Of a DNA stretch of 64,000 bases, positions 58,299 to 64,000 are shown one piece after another. Made by a program: the position numbers and the translations under genes. Each line of letters starts with the position of its first letter. The stretch's first letter is position 1. The notes below the pieces were generated by a model. That model saw only the letters and a program-made list of their open reading frames with translations. It did not search any database and was not told where the DNA came from. This DNA is from Patescibacteria group bacterium (GTDB lineage Bacteria; Patescibacteriota; Patescibacteriia; JACQRZ01): the NCBI GenBank assembly GCA_038065255.1, contig JBBTRI010000006.1:9240-73239 (forward strand), read 5' to 3'.

Positions 58299-58362
58299 AG
58301 CTCCCCGGAGCTTTTTTTTATTGCGTCATGAGCCTTGACACTATCACTATGCGTGCTACTAT
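58299..58362 (+). promoter_or_regulatory. Terminator followed by sigma70 promoter
   Basis: AGCTC-CCCG-GAGCT-T-run; TTGACA (58335)-16-(TGn)TACTAT. Confidence 0.7.
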
Positions 58363-58382
58363 GCGCGGTATCGAACATTACA

Positions 58383-58820
58383 ATGACTTGGACAATTCAG
58401 ACGATTGAAACTGTGCTTTCCTATCCCAAGGCAGTCATGACACTCGAAATCCCGGGCGGTGCAAGTGGTCGAAAAATCATCGATGCAGCGCGTGACAGTA
58501 TCGAGGAGAATAAGCAGGCAAACCAAAGCGTTGATCTCGTCGAAGAATACTATTATAGAGACGACGACATCCTCTTTGTTTTTGGACAGCAATCCCTCTG
58601 TCCTTACGAAGACATTATCCTTGCAGTGGATGCCGGAAGAGACTTTACGCATCTCATCCTTCCCGAAGGAGGCTATACGAGAGTGCGGGTGATCAGTCAT
58701 GAATGGCCGAGTCGTAAGCTTGCAGTTGGGTATGGCGATGAACAAATCGCAGAAGCTTGCCGACATTTCCGCGATCAGCTTGCCAGTCGTCTCAATATCC
58801 CTTCACAGCCAGGCGAATAG
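58383..58820 (+). CDS. Hypothetical protein
   Basis: Start moved to ATG 58383, downstream of the promoter. Confidence 0.65.
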   Translation: MTWTIQTIETVLSYPKAVMTLEIPGGASGRKIIDAARDSIEENKQANQSVDLVEEYYYRDDDILFVFGQQSLCPYEDIILAVDAGRDFTHLILPEGGYTRVRVISHEWPSRKLAVGYGDEQIAEACRHFRDQLASRLNIPSQPGE

Positions 58821-58875
58821 CCCTGGTTTTTTTATGGCATTTTTTATTGACAAAAATTAGTATCTATGATAGTCT
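58809..58875 (+). promoter_or_regulatory. Terminator followed by typA promoter
   Basis: CCAGG-N8-CCTGG-T-run; TTGACA (58847)-17-(TGn)TAGTCT. Confidence 0.7.
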
Positions 58876-58920
58876 GCCTCTATTCATAAGGGGCTGAAGC
58901 CTTTTTTTATTACTCAACCT

Positions 58921-60732
58921 ATGCAGTCAATCAGAAACATTGCAATTATCGCCCATGTTGACCATGGCAAAACCACGCTTGTTGATGCACTTCTCAAGCA
59001 GGCGCATATTGCGTTTGGCAAAAATGTGAGCGAGGAACTCATCATGGATTCAAATGAACTCGAACGCGAACGCGGCATCACGATATTTTCCAAAAATGCG
59101 TCAGTTAATTATAACGGCACCAAGATCAATATCATTGATACACCCGGCCATGCAGATTTTGGTGGGGAAGTGGAGCGCGTTCTTCAGATGGCGGATGGCG
59201 CATTGCTTCTTGTTGATGCACAAGAGGGTCCCATGCCCCAGACGCGATTCGTGTTGAAAAAAGCGCTTGAAGCGGGGCATAAGATTATTGTCGTTGTCAA
59301 TAAAATCGACAAGCAAAATGCTCGCATCACGCACGCAGTAGAAAAAACATTTGAGTTATTTATTGACTTAGGCGCTACTGACGAACAGGTAGATTTTCCC
59401 ATAATCTATGCCGCCGCGCGCCTCGGTAAAGCAGGGCTTTCCGCTGATCTTGAATCGATGACAGACATTATGCCTGTTTTTGATGCAATAGTAAAGTATA
59501 TTCCGGAACCAACAGGTGACGATGCAAAACCATTTCAGATGCTTGTAACGTCGTTGGTAAGCGACACGTATAAGGGTAAAATTGCAATTGGTAAAATCTG
59601 GAATGGTTCCGTTCAGCAAGGATCGCCTATTACGCATATTTCCCGTGATGGTGAGAAAGCAAACCAAAAAATTACAGCACTTATGACTTTTGAAGGTTTG
59701 GGCCGCATTGAAGTGGAGGGCGCTCAAGCGGGAGATATTGTTGCAATCGCAGGCATTGCCCAGGTGAATATTGGCGATACGATTGCAGAAGTGGACCAAC
59801 CGCTTCAAATTACCCCCCATGCCATTGAGCAGCCAACCGTGAAGATGACCTTTGGCGTGAATACCTCGCCATTTGCCGGCAGGGAAGGGGATTACTGCAC
59901 ATCGCGCAATATTCGTGAACGCCTTGCAAAAGAACTTGAAACAGACGTTGCACTTCGTGTAGACGAAAGTACCAGTACCGATGAGTTTGTAGTGAGCGGA
60001 CGCGGAGAACTGCACTTGGCAATTCTCATCGAACGCATGCGGCGCGAAGGCTACGAGTTGCAGGTATCCCGCCCCGAGGTTATTTTAAAAACTAACGATG
60101 ATGGCGCACTCCAGGAACCTATTGAAGAAGTGTGGATTGATGTCCCTGAAGAACACATGGGTATTGTGATTGAAAAATTAGGAAGGCGGAAAGCAGAGTT
60201 AAAAAATATGCATGTTGATTCCGGCATGGCGACGTTTCATTATGCCATTCCAACACGGGGGCTTATCGGCTATCGCAGTGAATTTCTTACGGATACGCGT
60301 GGACTTGGTATTATGAATACGCTTTTTGGCGGGTACCAACCGTTTGCAGGGGATATTACAACGCGTTCACACGGATCATTGATTGCACATGAAGCCGGTA
60401 CAACGACGAGTTATGGAATAATCAATGCACAAGAAAGGGGATTGCTATTTGTGAAGCCAGGAGAAGCCATATATGAAGGTCAGGTAGTAGGAGCAAATGC
60501 CAAAGATGAAGATATCGAAGTAAATGTATGTAAGGAGAAGCGACTGACGAATATGCGTTCAAAGGGCGAGGGTGTTGCAGAAGGGTTGGATGTCGCAAAG
60601 GACGTTGGTTTGGAAGATGCGCTTGAATATATCGGAGAGGATGAGTTGGTGGAGGCAACGCCAAAAAACATACGACTTCGCAAAAAAGTACTCACGGCGA
60701 TTGATCGAAAACGCACAAAGCGGGATAATTAA
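58921..60732 (+). CDS. typA: Translational GTPase TypA/BipA
   Basis: RNIAIIAHVDHGKTTLVD, DTPGHADFGGEVER, GRGELHL, K.LTNMR, DELVE.TP..IRLRK. Confidence 0.98.
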   Translation: MQSIRNIAIIAHVDHGKTTLVDALLKQAHIAFGKNVSEELIMDSNELERERGITIFSKNASVNYNGTKINIIDTPGHADFGGEVERVLQMADGALLLVDAQEGPMPQTRFVLKKALEAGHKIIVVVNKIDKQNARITHAVEKTFELFIDLGATDEQVDFPIIYAAARLGKAGLSADLESMTDIMPVFDAIVKYIPEPTGDDAKPFQMLVTSLVSDTYKGKIAIGKIWNGSVQQGSPITHISRDGEKANQKITALMTFEGLGRIEVEGAQAGDIVAIAGIAQVNIGDTIAEVDQPLQITPHAIEQPTVKMTFGVNTSPFAGREGDYCTSRNIRERLAKELETDVALRVDESTSTDEFVVSGRGELHLAILIERMRREGYELQVSRPEVILKTNDDGALQEPIEEVWIDVPEEHMGIVIEKLGRRKAELKNMHVDSGMATFHYAIPTRGLIGYRSEFLTDTRGLGIMNTLFGGYQPFAGDITTRSHGSLIAHEAGTTTSYGIINAQERGLLFVKPGEAIYEGQVVGANAKDEDIEVNVCKEKRLTNMRSKGEGVAEGLDVAKDVGLEDALEYIGEDELVEATPKNIRLRKKVLTAIDRKRTKRDN

Positions 60733-60917
60733 GCATAAAGCTCCGCTTCCCCTTGCCAAAATTCGAATAGTGTGCTAGTATAGAGAAGTAGCCTGTAGTG
60801 TCCTTCCATACGGAAAAAACAGGATCGTTTGGTTTTATCCATCGTTACCGTTTCCTACGTAGAGCAAGGGTCAAGGGTCGAAGCAGGTTTTTATTTTTTT
60901 ATGATGACCATACACTT

Positions 60918-61283
60918 ATGAAATTATACGTAGGTGGTCTCCCATTCGCAACGACTGATGATGAACTCAAAGAGCTGTTCGCAGCTCACGGGTCCGTCAC
61001 GTCGGCAAATGTCATTACAGACAAATTCTCAGGCCGCAGCCGCGGTTTCGGTTTTGTCGAGATGGGCAGCGATGCGGAAGGCCAGGCAGCCGTTCAAGCC
61101 CTTAACGGGACTCAATTCGGCGGCCGAACAATCACCGTTAGCGAAGCACGCCCCATGCGCGAAAAAAGCGATTTTGGCGGTGGTGATCGCGGCGGACGTG
61201 GTTTCGGAGGCGGCGGCGGCGGTCGTGGACAAGGCGGTCCACGTCGTGGCGGTTTCGGATCACGCGATGATTCACGATACTAA
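60918..61283 (+). CDS. RRM RNA-binding protein with Gly/Arg-rich tail
   Basis: RNP2 LYVGGL, RNP1 RGFGFVEM; start moved to ATG 60918. Confidence 0.95.
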   Translation: MKLYVGGLPFATTDDELKELFAAHGSVTSANVITDKFSGRSRGFGFVEMGSDAEGQAAVQALNGTQFGGRTITVSEARPMREKSDFGGGDRGGRGFGGGGGGRGQGGPRRGGFGSRDDSRY

Positions 61284-61292
61284 ATCGAGATC

Positions 61293-61330
61293 AACAAAAG
61301 GACGTTTCGAAAGAGACGTCCTTTTTGTTT
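61293..61330 (+). terminator. Intrinsic terminator
   Basis: AAAAGGACGTTTC-GAAA-GAGACGTCCTTTT followed by TGTTT. Confidence 0.8.
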
Positions 61331-61370
61331 GCTTGAAAAAAGAGACAAATCACAGTAAGCTTCTAGTCAT

Positions 61371-62837
61371 ATGACCTGGCTCTACGAATCACATACTATT
61401 AAATCAGATCAAAACGGAACGATACGCATACTCCGCCGCTTTGGGCAATGGAAAATTTTGGTGGATCGGTTTGATGAGACATCAAACTACATGACCCATG
61501 TATTGAAACACCTTCTGCATCCCATACCGGTCGAAGCGATGCCGCGCCATATCTTGTTGCTTGGGCTTGGTGGCGGAGGGATTGTACCCCATCTTTTAAA
61601 GCATTATCCAATGCCTCGCATAACGATTATTGAATGGGATCCACACATGGTTGAATTGGCACAAAAAATAGGTAACCTTCCTTCAAAACACAGGTGGACA
61701 ATCCGACAAGGAGATGCTGCAAAAATCGTTCCTGCACTTTCAGAAAACTATGATCTAATCATTTTTGATTTATTTAAAGGAGAACATATTGTACCCGGTC
61801 TTTTGACTGAATCATTTATTGAATCGCTGAGTTCCGCACTTGCGCCGGGCGGCTATCTCTGTGTGAACGCATTTTCTCAACCTGAGTTTTTGGATTCCAT
61901 TGCACTGCGCTTGACCGTCCTGAAGAGATGGAAAAAATGGTACAACAATCTTGCCGTATTTCGGCACGAAGAATCAAAAAATCTTATCAGTAGAGTGCCT
62001 GATGGCTATCGTACGCACCGGAATTGCAAAGCCTATCTAGATCGGGATTCAAGCAATAAGAAGAATTTCAACGCGGTTGAGTCAAATGGCATTTGGGGAT
62101 TGCGCTGGAATCATGGGTTTATGCATTTTGAAAAGTATTTTGGCGATACCGAACCGATTGTCGATCCATCGGGGCCGAGGCGCATGCTCATGTGGCAGCC
62201 CGAGCGCCGTCTTGATATTCCTGCAGGGTGGCACCATCCATGGATCAAAATGGATTTGATGATGTATGGCTTCAGCGATATCGGCAATGGCGTGGAATAT
62301 TGGAAACGCTGGTCTGAGCATGCACAGCGGCATCGTAAGAAATGGCTTACGCAAACCGAATGGGAATTGTTCACACCCGATCCCCAAGATTTTTACAAAG
62401 CATACCGCAAAGCAAAAAAAGATATTTTGCTTAAAACTATGATGATTGATTATGTGAAGAAATTTGCCAAGCGGCATGGACAACTCGTTCATTTTATAGC
62501 AGCTCGGAGAAAAGGCATTCCTGATGCGCCCATTGAAGCAGGATTTGCTTTTCTTGATATTCCAGAAGTTCAGCAATCGCTCCATCTTGCATCATATATT
62601 TTGGAGTCCGCGAAGCAGAGCCCTGCAGGCACGGGCATGATGGAGTATTGGTTTGCTACCGCACGTGAACGCGGAATCCGCTTTTTGGATTTTGGCGTAT
62701 TCCGGCAAAAAGGCGAACCGCGTTCCTGGCGCGGTTTTACGCGGTTCAAAGGCCAATTTGATATCCAGTATCTCAAATACCCAAAGCCACTGGTACGCTG
62801 GACAGGATCATTAAAAGAGTTGTTTGTCAAAAAATAA
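61371..62837 (+). CDS. Spermidine-synthase-like SAM-binding domain fused to a FemAB/GNAT-like domain
   Basis: LLLGLGGG, IIEWDP, GDA, YDLIIFD, L.PGG...N; C-terminal W....RR, FLDFG and GFTRFK.QF. Confidence 0.75.
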   Translation: MTWLYESHTIKSDQNGTIRILRRFGQWKILVDRFDETSNYMTHVLKHLLHPIPVEAMPRHILLLGLGGGGIVPHLLKHYPMPRITIIEWDPHMVELAQKIGNLPSKHRWTIRQGDAAKIVPALSENYDLIIFDLFKGEHIVPGLLTESFIESLSSALAPGGYLCVNAFSQPEFLDSIALRLTVLKRWKKWYNNLAVFRHEESKNLISRVPDGYRTHRNCKAYLDRDSSNKKNFNAVESNGIWGLRWNHGFMHFEKYFGDTEPIVDPSGPRRMLMWQPERRLDIPAGWHHPWIKMDLMMYGFSDIGNGVEYWKRWSEHAQRHRKKWLTQTEWELFTPDPQDFYKAYRKAKKDILLKTMMIDYVKKFAKRHGQLVHFIAARRKGIPDAPIEAGFAFLDIPEVQQSLHLASYILESAKQSPAGTGMMEYWFATARERGIRFLDFGVFRQKGEPRSWRGFTRFKGQFDIQYLKYPKPLVRWTGSLKELFVKK

Positions 62838-62843
62838 CCTATC

Positions 62844-64000
62844 ATGGGACGATTACTGTATATAGTGGAGCGTTTTACTTTTCGGCACCCGCTTATCACT
62901 CAATTTTTGAAGCGACGGTTTACGCCCGATGAGGCATTTGGACTGCATCTTACCATAGGTATTGCCATTATTCTCGTGTGTATTGTCGTATTCTATACGA
63001 CACTGGAAACGATCAAATGGCAGGATCCTTTTATACAGTACGATGTTGCGATTATCAATCTCGCGCAAGTATTTCGCGGTGCATCATTCAATGCCAGCAT
63101 GCTCTTTCTTACTGATCTTGGAAGATGGGAGGTAGTTGCAGTTGGTTTGATTCTTGCATTGCTTCTCTTCCTTTTTTTGCGCATGTGGCATGCAATTGTT
63201 GCGCTTATCATCTCTGTTGTTGGAGCTGAATTTTTTATTCTTCTTGGAACATTGCTTGTCAAGCGCCCGCGGCCCTATTTGGTGAATACAACTGCAATTG
63301 AAGTGGGGTTTAGTTTTCCCAGTAGCCACACGCTCTTGGCCGTTTCCTTTTACGGTTTTTTGACATACTTACTGTTTCGGACAACGCAGCGTGTGTGGCT
63401 TCGTGCTACTATTGCAATCCTTGGCGCAGCGATTGTTGGGTGTATAGGATTTTCGCGCATCTATCTCGGCGTTCATTGGCCATCAGATGTTATTGCAAGT
63501 ATAGCATTGGGCAGTGCATGGCTTGCCACACTCATTACAAGCCTCGAAGTGCGCCGCCGACTTAAACGAGGGATGATGATTCGACCAAAGCAATCACCAG
63601 TCCTTATTTTATTGTATGCATGTATTGGTACATTCTTTTTTCTCTTGTATGCATCGTATTTTTTTCGTACACATCCATTGCGCACTGCGTTGGACCCATC
63701 TCTTGATCGCATAGAGCTTGCACAGCATGAAATCATCCCTGCGTTTATGGCACAGTTGCCTCGGTATACCGAAGAAGTGACGGGATCTTCCACGGAACCG
63801 ATTAATGTCGTACTTGTCGGCACTCCCGAAGATATTCATTCGGCATTTCTCGCATCCGGATGGGTGGCATCCGATGAGTTAACCATGAAGAATGCTTTGC
63901 GCTCTGCATATGCAACTGTTTTTCAACGCTCGTATCCCGAAGCCCCCGGCATTACAACATTCTGGAATGGCCGACCCAATGATATCTCGTATGAAAAATT
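62844..64000 (+). CDS. PAP2 phosphatase with LssY C-terminal domain, 3'-partial (not in ORF track)
   Basis: Read from ATG 62844: KRPRP, FSFPSSH, SRIYLGVHWPSDV, then EPINVVLVG...GW; no stop found before the window end. Confidence 0.88.
   Translation, partial: MGRLLYIVERFTFRHPLITQFLKRRFTPDEAFGLHLTIGIAIILVCIVVFYTTLETIKWQDPFIQYDVAIINLAQVFRGASFNASMLFLTDLGRWEVVAVGLILALLLFLFLRMWHAIVALIISVVGAEFFILLGTLLVKRPRPYLVNTTAIEVGFSFPSSHTLLAVSFYGFLTYLLFRTTQRVWLRATIAILGAAIVGCIGFSRIYLGVHWPSDVIASIALGSAWLATLITSLEVRRRLKRGMMIRPKQSPVLILLYACIGTFFFLLYASYFFRTHPLRTALDPSLDRIELAQHEIIPAFMAQLPRYTEEVTGSSTEPINVVLVGTPEDIHSAFLASGWVASDELTMKNALRSAYATVFQRSYPEAPGITTFWNGRPNDISYEK

Noticed and set aside
55299-58875. Integron cassette array
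   Set aside because: No intI and no recognisable attC (RYYYAAC...GTTRRRY) pairs; each gene has its own promoter.
1-64000. Alternative genetic code (UGA = Gly/Trp)
   Set aside because: Conserved genes are uninterrupted under code 11 and several end at TGA at expected lengths (e.g. 15597, 28209).

Overview
Bacterial chromosomal window in standard genetic code 11. It most likely comes from a Patescibacteria/CPR (Parcubacteria-like) genome; this is inferred from GRILLQV-repeat surface proteins, a coiled-coil lytic transglycosylase, a TrmB regulator and many genes without a Shine-Dalgarno (SD) site. Most of the window is densely packed + strand housekeeping and house-cleaning genes: DEAD-box helicase, pgi, mgtA, MacAB-like ABC exporter, ABC-F, ddl, gpsA, glpK-like, ilvB-like, typA, and several NUDIX/HD/HIT enzymes. 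The standout is a minus-strand locus at about 37.5-44.6 kb. It has an NrtR-type ADP-ribose-sensing repressor and four GT-N7-AC operator-like palindromes upstream of an operon that interleaves a TerY-P-like triad (PP2C phosphatase, Ser/Thr kinase, vWA) with NAD salvage enzymes (nicotinamidase-like, PncB). A NadM-like nucleotidyltransferase/SAM-methyltransferase fusion is transcribed divergently from it. Other notable items are an array of self-contained promoter-ORFan-terminator cassettes with shared leaders (55.3-58.9 kb), a 150-nt structured inverted-repeat element (28.2 kb), a candidate leader-peptide attenuator (12.7-12.9 kb) and recurrent boxA-like leader motifs. I recognised no rRNA, tRNA, CRISPR array, transposase or integrase. 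All family calls come from motif recognition by eye; no database searches were run.
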